Of a DNA stretch of 56,031 bases, positions 26,785 through 35,363 are shown piece after piece. A program made the translations under genes and the position numbers. Position 1 is the stretch's first letter, and every line of letters starts with the position of its first letter. The DNA comes from a virus (Duplodnaviria; Caudoviricetes). The stretch lies in the IMG/VR virus record IMGVR_UViG_3300025653_000045, positions 1-56,031 of that record, one strand, 5' to 3'. A model generated the notes under the pieces. That model made no database searches, was not told the origin of the DNA, and saw nothing but the letters and a program-made list of their open reading frames with translations.

Positions 26785-27245
26785 GTACAATTCCAAGTAC
26801 CTCAGCTCCATGCCTTGAAACTGCAATAAGGCGAAAGTACTTCTTTCAGGGAGCAAGCATCGAAGAGATGCACCAAATGTATCGAATCAGCAAAAGAAAA
26901 ATCAAAGAAATAATTAATCACGCAGAAAAAATGGACGTAAGAAACGCAGAACAAGAAGAGCGCGACCAAAGAGACGCTCGCATCAGAGACTTGAAAGACA
27001 AAGGCGAGACGCACAGGGTCATCGCACGGACGGTTGGGTGTAGTCTAGCCACTGTGGATAGGGCGCTACACAAAAGACCTCGCAAGAAGGTCAAGGCGCA
27101 GACAGGGGTGACGTCGACTAACGCCCCCGTGCCCACACCTCAACCGCCAAAGCAAGTGCAAGTACCCAAGAGCACCGAAGATTTCACATTCACATTCACA
27201 ATCGGAAACGAAACCTACACGTTCTCAAGAAACTCAAAGCAATGA
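26781..27245 (+). CDS. Helix-turn-helix protein
   Basis: GETHRVIARTVGCSLATVDRAL HTH plus a possible N-terminal HTH. Confidence 0.75.
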   Translation: MSTIPSTSAPCLETAIRRKYFFQGASIEEMHQMYRISKRKIKEIINHAEKMDVRNAEQEERDQRDARIRDLKDKGETHRVIARTVGCSLATVDRALHKRPRKKVKAQTGVTSTNAPVPTPQPPKQVQVPKSTEDFTFTFTIGNETYTFSRNSKQ

Positions 27246-27403
27246 CTGACGAATACCTAGATAAGAAATGGCAAGAGATAGAAGCCCGCCTTCAGCGGTT
27301 CGAAGAGACAGCTTCCCCGCAAGACAAGATGATTCTTGACTGCATGGTCAGGGATTGGGAAGCGAAGATGCGACTCAAACTAAAACAAGAATTAAATGAT
27401 TAA
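27242..27403 (+). CDS. Small hypothetical protein
   Basis: Manual 53 aa ORF filling the gap, overlapping both neighbours. Confidence 0.55.
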   Translation: MTDEYLDKKWQEIEARLQRFEETASPQDKMILDCMVRDWEAKMRLKLKQELND

Positions 27404-27674
27404 GTACATCAAGTCGCTCATCCGATCGAGAGCGCCCAAGCAAGAGAAGATAAATGGCAAGTTCGAAATCATGTCGAGCAAACCTTACGTCACCATCAAG
27501 ATGAACAGAGAGTTCTTCCTTCTCGTCGCAAGGTGCATCGTGGTCGGGCAGAGCGCCATTCGAAAGTCGAAAGACTCGAAGATGAAAATCAGTCAGCGCA
27601 ACGTAGATAACCTATGGGCACTGCATTATGAAGCCGTTAAAATGAGAGGAAAACAAATCGCCAATGGTAAATAA
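27396..27674 (+). CDS. Basic hypothetical protein
   Basis: 92 aa ORF. Confidence 0.65.
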   Translation: MIKYIKSLIRSRAPKQEKINGKFEIMSSKPYVTIKMNREFFLLVARCIVVGQSAIRKSKDSKMKISQRNVDNLWALHYEAVKMRGKQIANGK

Positions 27675-27947
27675 ACAAGCAGAGGTTTTGTTGGGCATCT
27701 TCGTCACCGAGTACGAACGATGGGAGGATTCGCAGACGCGACGCAAGGCATACATAGCCCCCAACTACGAGAAACTCGGACACAAAATGTTTGAAGCTTA
27801 CAAAACAGCAAAGGAGTATGGATATTGAAAATCAGAATGAACCTATCTACGGCTACTTCCGCAACGGAGGAATCTTCGTGACGCCAAGTCTTGAACTGGC
27901 ATGGAAGCGTCGTACCCACGACGAGCCGTTCATTATTTACGACCCCA

Positions 27948-28295
27948 ATGACTAACGAAGAAGCTATCAAGTACATCAACAACGAGTTTGACTTCGACTC
28001 GAAAGCTGTTACTCTGGCCCGCATGTTTGCAATGGAGGACATCATTGAGTTCGACGTTCTTGAATGGTCTAAGATGCCTGTCAGTGCAGGACTCGGTGAG
28101 TTCATTGAGCACTGCAAGCACGCCAACGAGATGGTGATTCCGCAGTACGCTTCACGCAAGACGTACACTCCGCTTGACATGGAGGGTGCGCTACACGACC
28201 TGTCTGAGAAGATGGAGACTGTGATGCTTGCGATGCAGGTGTACGCTGACATCCACTCAAACATTCGAGAAAAAATACACGGAAAACTTGTTTAA
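27948..28295 (+). CDS. Hypothetical protein
   Basis: Likely start ATG 27948. Confidence 0.65.
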   Translation: MTNEEAIKYINNEFDFDSKAVTLARMFAMEDIIEFDVLEWSKMPVSAGLGEFIEHCKHANEMVIPQYASRKTYTPLDMEGALHDLSEKMETVMLAMQVYADIHSNIREKIHGKLV

Positions 28296-28318
28296 CTACG
28301 ACTAATTCACTAAATTTG
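28287..28318 (+). promoter_or_regulatory. Putative promoter for the replication module
   Basis: CTTG + 20 nt + TAAATTTG. Confidence 0.55.
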
Positions 28319-28711
28319 AATTCCAATCCACTAACCCTTATCGACAACGGGCGTGAAGCCCTGAACCTATACTTCAAAACGATAGGTATCGATTACGATT
28401 CGAAGGCACGACACCTTAAGCATACGCAACCTCGTATTGCATTTGGTGTAGCACTTACCAAGCACATCGGTGACTCTCTCACCTCAGATGTTTTGGATAA
28501 GGACAGGACGACCATCATACACTACAAACGGACACACGACGACAACCTTGCCGTGTGGGATGGGTATGATACGTTCTTTGAGACTGCGAAGTACATCGTC
28601 GATTCATACTTCAGCGAGACTGCGAAGCTTGACCGCATCGCATACATCGACAGGATGATTCGAGAGATGATAGAAGAGAAGAAATCAATTCAATCTAAAT
28701 TAAATGTCTAA
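28316..28711 (+). CDS. DnaA C-terminal-domain-like HTH protein
   Basis: LDKDRTTIIHY resembles the DnaA domain IV signature; start codon uncertain (TTG). Confidence 0.5.
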   Translation: MNSNPLTLIDNGREALNLYFKTIGIDYDSKARHLKHTQPRIAFGVALTKHIGDSLTSDVLDKDRTTIIHYKRTHDDNLAVWDGYDTFFETAKYIVDSYFSETAKLDRIAYIDRMIREMIEEKKSIQSKLNV

Positions 28712-29222
28712 TTACAAGTTCAAGACCACGAACATTCGTGGCAAGCAGTACGTTGAGGTCAACGAACGCATCAAGTTCTTCCGACAGGAGAAGAAGTACG
28801 ATGGGTGGGGCATCCGCACGGAGTTCCCGATCATTGACGACACGCAGTGCCTGTGCTTATGCACTATCACTACGCCAGACGGCAACGTCGTGGCTCAAGG
28901 TCATGCCCACGAAGAGAAGGGTTCGTCGAACATCAACAAGACTAGCTATGTCGAAAATTGTGAAACATCAGCCGTCGGTCGTGCACTGGCAATTCTCGGA
29001 ATCGGAATCGACACGTCTATTGCGTCAGCTAATGAAGTCCAAGACGCCATTGCCAAGCAAGAAACGAGCACCGATGTTCCGACTGAAAACATCATGGACA
29101 AAGCCGTGACGTACATCAAATCACAGACCAACAAGCAGAAAGCTTTCGATAGCATCGTCACTAAGTATGGCGACCAGCTTACCGACAAGCAGAAGGCGGG
29201 TCTCAAAAAGTTTGTACGATGA
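28704..29222 (+). CDS. ssDNA-annealing protein (Rad52/Sak-like)
   Basis: YVEVNERI and ENCETSAVGRAL..LGIG motifs; next to exonuclease and SSB. Confidence 0.7.
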   Translation: MSNYKFKTTNIRGKQYVEVNERIKFFRQEKKYDGWGIRTEFPIIDDTQCLCLCTITTPDGNVVAQGHAHEEKGSSNINKTSYVENCETSAVGRALAILGIGIDTSIASANEVQDAIAKQETSTDVPTENIMDKAVTYIKSQTNKQKAFDSIVTKYGDQLTDKQKAGLKKFVR

Positions 29223-29440
29223 TGTTGTTCGGTTTCATCTCAGGAATCCTTGTAGTTCTTGCAGTCTCAGGTATCTACCTTGAGCTGCAGGAGCGCAAGG
29301 AAGCTCAGCGTAGCCGCATGAAGTACGCAAGTCAAATCAAGCGCATCCGTCGCCTCCGTAGCAAGGGGATGTCGGTTCGTGAGATTTCTCGTCAAACGTG
29401 GGTTCCAAAGTCCACGGTTCATCGGTACTTGAATGATTGA
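29219..29440 (+). CDS. Membrane-anchored HTH protein
   Basis: N-terminal hydrophobic helix and GMSVREISRQTWVPKSTVHRYL. Confidence 0.7.
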   Translation: MMLFGFISGILVVLAVSGIYLELQERKEAQRSRMKYASQIKRIRRLRSKGMSVREISRQTWVPKSTVHRYLND

Positions 29441-30221
29441 TATCCCTCAAGCACTGCAAGAGCGGTACAACAAACCGCACCTGTCGTACTCGTCATTGAA
29501 GGTGGCTCTCACTGACATGGCGAAGTTCGACCAGTACATGAAAGGCGAACTGAAGTTTCAGTCACCCGCACTGACCTTCGGTACGCTCTACGACATGCTT
29601 CTATTCGAACGTGACAAGGCATTCGATACCTACTCGGTAGTATCAGATGATGCTATCCTTGACCGATGCTCGGACAAAACCCGTGCGTCAAAGCGTCCAA
29701 AGCTGACGAAGGAGTTCAAGGAGATGCAATCAGTTCTCATTGAAGAAGCAGGCAGGCAAGGCAAAGAGCTTTGTTCACCTGCTGATTGGAAGATGGCGAA
29801 CGAGATGATCGACCGACTCGAACGTTGCGGTCTGGTGGACAGCTTGCTGTCTTCAGGCAACTACCAAGTGGAGTTCAACGAGATGCTCGGACCTGTGAGA
29901 GTCAAAGGTTTTCTAGACTGCCTCGGTGATGGATTCATCGTGGACTCTAAGTCGACCAAGGCCGTTGACAAGTTTCGTTATAGTGTACGTGACTTCTGTT
30001 ACGACATCCAAGCTTACATCTACTGCAAGGTGTTTGGTGTCAACAAGTTCTACTGGCTTGTACAAGAGAAGACGTACCCCTATCTACCTGCAGTGGTGGA
30101 GTGTTCAGATGAAACATTGTTCGCTGGTGAAATGAAATTCAATGACGCCATCGAGCGCATCGAAGACTTCCTCCAGGGCAACAAACAACCAGAACAAGAC
30201 TATGTACAATTCAAAGTTTGA
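29433..30221 (+). CDS. PD-(D/E)XK exonuclease (RecE/exonuclease VIII-like)
   Basis: LSYSSLK, FGT, KGFLD, IVDSKST, YDIQAYIY motifs. Confidence 0.85.
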   Translation: MIDIPQALQERYNKPHLSYSSLKVALTDMAKFDQYMKGELKFQSPALTFGTLYDMLLFERDKAFDTYSVVSDDAILDRCSDKTRASKRPKLTKEFKEMQSVLIEEAGRQGKELCSPADWKMANEMIDRLERCGLVDSLLSSGNYQVEFNEMLGPVRVKGFLDCLGDGFIVDSKSTKAVDKFRYSVRDFCYDIQAYIYCKVFGVNKFYWLVQEKTYPYLPAVVECSDETLFAGEMKFNDAIERIEDFLQGNKQPEQDYVQFKV

Positions 30222-30299
30222 ATACGTTTGCCGTTGTGCCTTGCACTTTTCGGCTTATCTTTCGGTTTATCTTTTAATCTCAATTCTAATTAATTAATC

Positions 30300-30608
30300 A
30301 TGAGCGATCAGAAATATGATTCAGTTCTCGTCGGCTGGGCTGACGACCCCAAGTTCAACGATGCAGGAGAGCTTATCTCTTGGAACGTGCGTTTGAAAGA
30401 CCACGAACTCAAAGACATGCTCGACCAATACGTTACCAAGCGTGACGAAGAAGGTCGTGGTGGCAATGTGTACGTGACTCTCTTCATGAGCAAGAACGGA
30501 AAGGCGTGTGCCCGTGTGTTCAACCCGAACAGCGAAGCAGCCAAAGAGAAGCGTCAGCAGAAACAAGTAGCTAATGCAGAGCAAGAGTCTGCGGACCTGC
30601 CCTTCTAA
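30300..30608 (+). CDS. Putative single-stranded DNA-binding protein
   Basis: 102 aa with acidic tail ending DLPF; recombination-module context. Confidence 0.65.
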   Translation: MSDQKYDSVLVGWADDPKFNDAGELISWNVRLKDHELKDMLDQYVTKRDEEGRGGNVYVTLFMSKNGKACARVFNPNSEAAKEKRQQKQVANAEQESADLPF

Positions 30609-30638
30609 ACCAGTAGGGCTCTACGCAGCCATGGAGTG

Positions 30639-30679
30639 GGGGCTGAGAGACGTAAAGTTTCTCGGTCCCTTCTCTTTCT
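30639..30679 (+). terminator. Intrinsic terminator
   Basis: GGGCTGAGAGAC..TTTCTCGGTCCC hairpin followed by TTCTCTTTCT. Confidence 0.6.
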
Positions 30680-30720
30680 GCGGAAGGAAAGACAATCTAA
30701 ATCTCACATTCCATTGCATT

Positions 30721-30936
30721 ATGAGCGACTACGACAAGGACTTCAACGTGTACATACCAAAGTTCACAGAGAAGTTCATCTGCCTAATCATCCCTAACAA
30801 GAAGGGAGACAACTCCGTTGTCCTGACCAAAGAAGATTGCCAAGAGGTGATGGGTAAGAAAGTGTCGATGCAATGGATTGCTGACAAATTGAAAAAGAAA
30901 TGGGCAGTGACAATCTCCCGAACATCTACTCAATGA
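30721..30936 (+). CDS. Hypothetical protein
   Basis: Likely start ATG 30721, after the terminator. Confidence 0.55.
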   Translation: MSDYDKDFNVYIPKFTEKFICLIIPNKKGDNSVVLTKEDCQEVMGKKVSMQWIADKLKKKWAVTISRTSTQ

Positions 30937-31160
30937 CAGCAGACATCTCCTACAAGAAGGGGAAGCGCATGCTCGACAGGGTAGTATGGATCGTAAGCAG
31001 GTACGATATACCAGCAGACATCATGTCCAAGGACAGAAAGACCATGGACAGGTTAGAAACTGAGCTATACGGAAAGACGTACAAGGGCATCAAGTCCATC
31101 CTGATACGCCAGATACGCTCAAAGAAAGCAGTAGGTAAAGTAAACAGCAACGCAGTATGA
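30933..31160 (+). CDS. Basic hypothetical protein
   Basis: Likely start ATG 30933 (ATGA overlap). Confidence 0.6.
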   Translation: MTADISYKKGKRMLDRVVWIVSRYDIPADIMSKDRKTMDRLETELYGKTYKGIKSILIRQIRSKKAVGKVNSNAV

Positions 31161-31465
31161 AACCATCACTATGGCAAGAGGGTGGGGATCATTATGATAT
31201 GCCCATCCAACCGACAGAGTTCATCTTTAAGAACAACCTTCCATTCATAGAGGGTAACGTGATTAAGTATCTCTGCCGACACCGCTTGAAGAATGGGGCG
31301 GAGGATATCCTGAAAGCCATTCACTATCTAGAACTAATCCTTGAATACGAATACAATGAAAGTGACATTCTTCAAAGACGTCTTCGACAAGAACGCCCCG
31401 CACCATGTCAACGTGATGACTGCCCTCGACAGGATCAAGACGGGCCAGTCGAAAACCACGATTGA
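31157..31465 (+). CDS. DUF3310-family protein (T7 gp1.7-like nucleotide kinase)
   Basis: GGDHY..IQP..GNVIKY..R..KNG.EDILKAIHY motif. Confidence 0.85.
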   Translation: MKPSLWQEGGDHYDMPIQPTEFIFKNNLPFIEGNVIKYLCRHRLKNGAEDILKAIHYLELILEYEYNESDILQRRLRQERPAPCQRDDCPRQDQDGPVENHD

Positions 31466-33221
31466 TGCGGTACGATCTGGAGACAAGAATGCGAAGAAGA
31501 AACTTCCTGTCGTATGCTTCAGTGGTGAGTTTGCATCGCGTTCAGACGATGCTCTATTCGAGCACAGCGGAATCCTTGTTCTGGACTTCGATCACGTTGA
31601 TGTTGCTCAGGCCAAGAGCGCTTTGGCTACGGATGCTCACGTCTTTAGCTGCTGGGTTTCACCGAGTGGTGATGGGCTCAAAGCTCTAGTCCGAGTCACC
31701 AACCCTGAGCGTCACAGAGATCACTTCCGTGCGCTTCGGACGTACTTCCACAAGCAGTACGACCTAGAGGTAGACGAGTCTGGCATCAACGAGTCACGAG
31801 CCTGCTTCGAGTCTTACGACCCTGACCTCATCATCAACCCCGATGCTAAGAAGTTTGGTGCGTTCGCAACAGAGCGCAGCGAGCAAGTGCAGGAGGCGAA
31901 GGTGGGTGAGTTCACGGACTACATGAAGCTCAACCTAGCGGCACGTATGATCCGCCAGTCAGACGACGGAGAGAAGCATGCGGCTCTGCTCAAGGCGGCC
32001 AAGCTGGTAGGTGGTTACATCTCAGCAGGTCGTATTGAAGAAGAGGAGGCTGTTCGCGTGCTCTTCCGTGAGATTTGCAAGCGTGATATCGACAGCGAGC
32101 AGGCGGCCATGACAACCATCCGTCAAGCCATCGAGGTAGGCAAGAACATGCCGATCCGAGAGGTCATTGACAGCGAGCAAGACGCCCAGCGTGAGCTGCT
32201 CATCAACGATGGCGACATGTCCTTCATCTCTTCTGACGACGAGGATTTCAGGTGGATCGACGACTACGCCAACGGCAAGATTCCTGTGGGGCTAGACACT
32301 GGCGACAACAAGCTCGACCAGTACTTCCGCTACAAGAAGGAGTTCGTGATTATGAACGGGCACTCTAACGTGGGTAAGACTACGTTCGCCCTTTACATGA
32401 TGGTTAACTCAGCTGTGCGGCACGGATGGAAGTGGGTCGTGTACTCCTCGGAGAACCGAACCGCATCCTTGAAGATGTCTCTCATGCAGTTCGCAGTCAA
32501 CAGGAAGATCGGTGACATGAACTACGATCAACGCAAGGCTGCTTACAAGTGGGTGAATGAGCACTTCACTGTCATCAGCAACAACCAAGTGTACTCTTAC
32601 TCTGACATCCTAGTCTTCCTTGAGAAGATCGTGAGACAACAAGAGTGTGATGCTGTGTTTGTTGATCCGTACAACAGCCTGAAGATTGAGCTCACAGGTA
32701 ATGGGAACTCTCATGACTACCACTACCAAGCAGCTTCAGAGTTCTTGACCTTCTCGAACTCCAATGACGTGGCTGTGTGGTTGAACATGCACGCTGTGAC
32801 TGAGGCGCAACGACGCAAGGGTGACGACGGGTTGCCTGTTGCACCATACGCAGAGGATACCGAGGGTGGTGGTAAGTTCGTCAACCGAGCTGACTGCTTC
32901 ATCACGGTTCACCGCAAGGTGCAAGCTCCAGATCACAACATCAAGAAAACTACTGAGCTGCACATCCGCAAGGTGCGTGAGACAGAGACAGGAGGACAGC
33001 CTACGCCGATCGACGACCCAATCACCTTTACAATGAACACTTCTCACACAGCCTTCCGTATCAACACGACAGGTAGTGAGCTGTTCCAAAGCATTGATAA
33101 AGAGTTTGATAAGTACAAGCGGTTTAATATGCCCTCTAACGAGTTCTTTTTCCAGAATTCCGCTGTAACTTCGCAGAGTGAAGCGACAAAGGAAAGGAAC
33201 TACGAAGAGGAAGTCCGCTAA
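31356..33221 (+). CDS. Primase-helicase (BT4734/VirE-N-like primase-polymerase domain + DnaB-like helicase)
   Basis: KKKLP, LDFDH, SPSGDGLK in the N-terminus; GHSNVGKT Walker A and VFVDPYN Walker B. Confidence 0.85.
   Translation: MKVTFFKDVFDKNAPHHVNVMTALDRIKTGQSKTTIDAVRSGDKNAKKKLPVVCFSGEFASRSDDALFEHSGILVLDFDHVDVAQAKSALATDAHVFSCWVSPSGDGLKALVRVTNPERHRDHFRALRTYFHKQYDLEVDESGINESRACFESYDPDLIINPDAKKFGAFATERSEQVQEAKVGEFTDYMKLNLAARMIRQSDDGEKHAALLKAAKLVGGYISAGRIEEEEAVRVLFREICKRDIDSEQAAMTTIRQAIEVGKNMPIREVIDSEQDAQRELLINDGDMSFISSDDEDFRWIDDYANGKIPVGLDTGDNKLDQYFRYKKEFVIMNGHSNVGKTTFALYMMVNSAVRHGWKWVVYSSENRTASLKMSLMQFAVNRKIGDMNYDQRKAAYKWVNEHFTVISNNQVYSYSDILVFLEKIVRQQECDAVFVDPYNSLKIELTGNGNSHDYHYQAASEFLTFSNSNDVAVWLNMHAVTEAQRRKGDDGLPVAPYAEDTEGGGKFVNRADCFITVHRKVQAPDHNIKKTTELHIRKVRETETGGQPTPIDDPITFTMNTSHTAFRINTTGSELFQSIDKEFDKYKRFNMPSNEFFFQNSAVTSQSEATKERNYEEEVR
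33166..33173 (+). promoter_or_regulatory. Variant -7 element TAACTTCG
   Basis: 4 nt before the GTG start at 33178, same spacing as the TATATTTG set. Confidence 0.5.
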
Positions 33222-33624
33222 GAAAAAGGATTTAGGGAAGTACAAGAGCGGATTGGAAAAGACATGTGGGAATCTTCTCGCTGAATCGGGGCTAAGTTTT
33301 GCCTACGAGGAACGTGAGTACGAGATCCTCCCCAAGTTCAACTACCCACAGACTTATTTCAAGATGACTCCCAAATCAAAGAGTCTGATTGACAAGACTG
33401 GCAAGGTGGTTCTTCCAATCAAGTACACCCCTGACTTCGTAGCAAAGGATGGGAGCTGGATCATCGAGACCAAAGGGTACATCCATTCACACCATGACTT
33501 CCCCATGCGGTGGAAGCTGTTCATGGACTACCTGATGAAACTTGGTGAGCCACTCCCGATGTTATTCATCTGCCGTAACAGGCAACAAATTGAAGAGGCC
33601 ATCCAAATAATCAAATCAAAATGA
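33178..33624 (+). CDS. Endonuclease I-like Holliday junction resolvase
   Basis: YKSGLE, YTPDF, IIETKG motifs of the T7 gp3 family. Confidence 0.85.
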   Translation: MKRQRKGTTKRKSAKKKDLGKYKSGLEKTCGNLLAESGLSFAYEEREYEILPKFNYPQTYFKMTPKSKSLIDKTGKVVLPIKYTPDFVAKDGSWIIETKGYIHSHHDFPMRWKLFMDYLMKLGEPLPMLFICRNRQQIEEAIQIIKSK

Positions 33625-33875
33625 ACAAGAAGATTCCAATCGAAGCCCTAGGTACTGCCTATGGGGTAGCCATCGAGAGGATGTATGAAGTCATCGCCAA
33701 CTACAGCGAAGACCTCTACACCCAAGACGGCAAACCAAAGGAAGATCCTGGGGAGGTGTCAAGAGTCCTCGACTCTATGATATCCAAGCTCAGGCACGAG
33801 GCGAGTTTAGCAAGAGACACATCTTACGAATACTGGGAAGCCAATGCAAAGCCAGAGCAGGAGGAGTTATTCTAA
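33621..33875 (+). CDS. Hypothetical protein
   Basis: 84 aa, ATGA overlap. Confidence 0.7.
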   Translation: MNKKIPIEALGTAYGVAIERMYEVIANYSEDLYTQDGKPKEDPGEVSRVLDSMISKLRHEASLARDTSYEYWEANAKPEQEELF

Positions 33876-34338
33876 CTCCACTGGCAGAATGGCAGAGGTG
33901 AGGTTCAAGAGGGCCGCAGAGAAACTTGGGTTTAAGGTCATGAAGGCCAGCCGCAAGGAAGACATGCACAAGCACATCGATTACTGGCTCCTGTACACAG
34001 ACAGGAAGCATGCAGTCGATGTCAAGGGAAACAATCTACCAGACGAGATCTGGTGTGAATTCAAGAACGTTAGGGGAAACCCAGGATGGATGTATGGCAA
34101 CGCGCACATCATCGCATTCGACATACCCGAAGAGGGTGGGTTTGCCATTGTCGACAGACAAGAGTTGGCATTCTGGTGTGAGAAGAATGTCATCGATGAA
34201 TTAGTTACGGACAAGCAGCATGCGTACCGAAAAAAGTACAGCCGCAAAGACCGTGAGGATGTCATCACAAAACTTAACTTGCACGATCTCAAGTGCTTAG
34301 AGTCCTACCGAGTGTGGGGCTACGAGACAGATTATTGA
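33844..34338 (+). CDS. PD-(D/E)XK-like nuclease
   Basis: G..AE..F, HID, VDVK, W.EF.N..G.PGW motifs. Confidence 0.65.
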   Translation: MQSQSRRSYSNSTGRMAEVRFKRAAEKLGFKVMKASRKEDMHKHIDYWLLYTDRKHAVDVKGNNLPDEIWCEFKNVRGNPGWMYGNAHIIAFDIPEEGGFAIVDRQELAFWCEKNVIDELVTDKQHAYRKKYSRKDREDVITKLNLHDLKCLESYRVWGYETDY

Positions 34339-34379
34339 GTATCTTGTAGGTCCTTTCATCAACCTTTTTTACCACCCCT

Positions 34380-35363
34380 ATGACTAACTCAATCTTTGAG
34401 AAGAGGCTGAGCTACAAGCCCTTCGACTATTCTGAAATCACTGACCCACTCATCAATGCGATGTGGGCTAGCCACTGGACTCACAATGAATTTAACTTCA
34501 AGGCTGACGTTCAGGACTACCATACGAGCCTGAGCGAACAGGAGCGCGATGTGATCAAACGCGCCATCCTTCTCATCTCGCAGGTTGAAGTGGCAGTGAA
34601 GTCATACTGGTCGAACATTGGTAAGCATCTGCCTAAGCCAGAGATTGCGGATATGGGGGCTGTGTTTGGAGGTGTTGAAGTAATCCATTCCCGTGCCTAC
34701 TCAGAGATCCTGACTAAGCTCGGATTGGAGGACGAGTTCAAGACACTCTTGGAGAATGAGCCTGTACTGAACCGCGTTAACTATCTCAACAAGTACGTTG
34801 ATCGCGTATACGAAGACGATCGTAAGCAGTTCCTGTACAGTCTCATCCTCTTTACCCTCTTCACTGAGAACGTGTCGCTGTTCAGCCAGTTCTACACCAT
34901 CCTTGGATTCAACAGGTTCAAGGCTGTTCTCAAGGACACGGCTAACGTTGTGCAGTACACGAGCAAGGAAGAGAATCTGCACGCAGAGGGAGGCATGGCT
35001 CTAGTCAATCAGATCCGAGCTGAGCATCCTGAGTTGTTCGACGCTGATCTGGAGTCACGCATCTGGGAGGAGGCGCAAGTAGCCCTCGACGCAGAGCACG
35101 GCTTGATTAAGTGGATCTTGCAAGGCTTTGATAATGAGTTCCTTAGCGAGTCTATCTTGAACAACTACTTGAAGAATCGTGTGAACGAGAGCATGCGTCG
35201 CATCGGCTTTGCCTTTGAGTTCCCTGTGAACCAAGAAGAGCTGGAGGTGACAGCATGGATGGATGAGGAGGTGTACGCTTCTGCCTTGTCTGACTTCTTC
35301 CACAAGAAGCCAATCGACTACGCGAAGAGCACAAAGAGTTTCACCGCAGAAGAATTATTCTAA
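34380..35363 (+). CDS. nrdB: Ribonucleotide reductase beta subunit (class Id-like)
   Basis: E70xxxK74, E100xxH103, Y107, later E and EENLH ligands. Confidence 0.93.
   Translation: MTNSIFEKRLSYKPFDYSEITDPLINAMWASHWTHNEFNFKADVQDYHTSLSEQERDVIKRAILLISQVEVAVKSYWSNIGKHLPKPEIADMGAVFGGVEVIHSRAYSEILTKLGLEDEFKTLLENEPVLNRVNYLNKYVDRVYEDDRKQFLYSLILFTLFTENVSLFSQFYTILGFNRFKAVLKDTANVVQYTSKEENLHAEGGMALVNQIRAEHPELFDADLESRIWEEAQVALDAEHGLIKWILQGFDNEFLSESILNNYLKNRVNESMRRIGFAFEFPVNQEELEVTAWMDEEVYASALSDFFHKKPIDYAKSTKSFTAEELF

Noticed and set aside
31356-31465. Programmed frameshift fusing DUF3310 to the primase-helicase
   Set aside because: The overlap is explained by a separate ATG at 31356; no slippery site seen.
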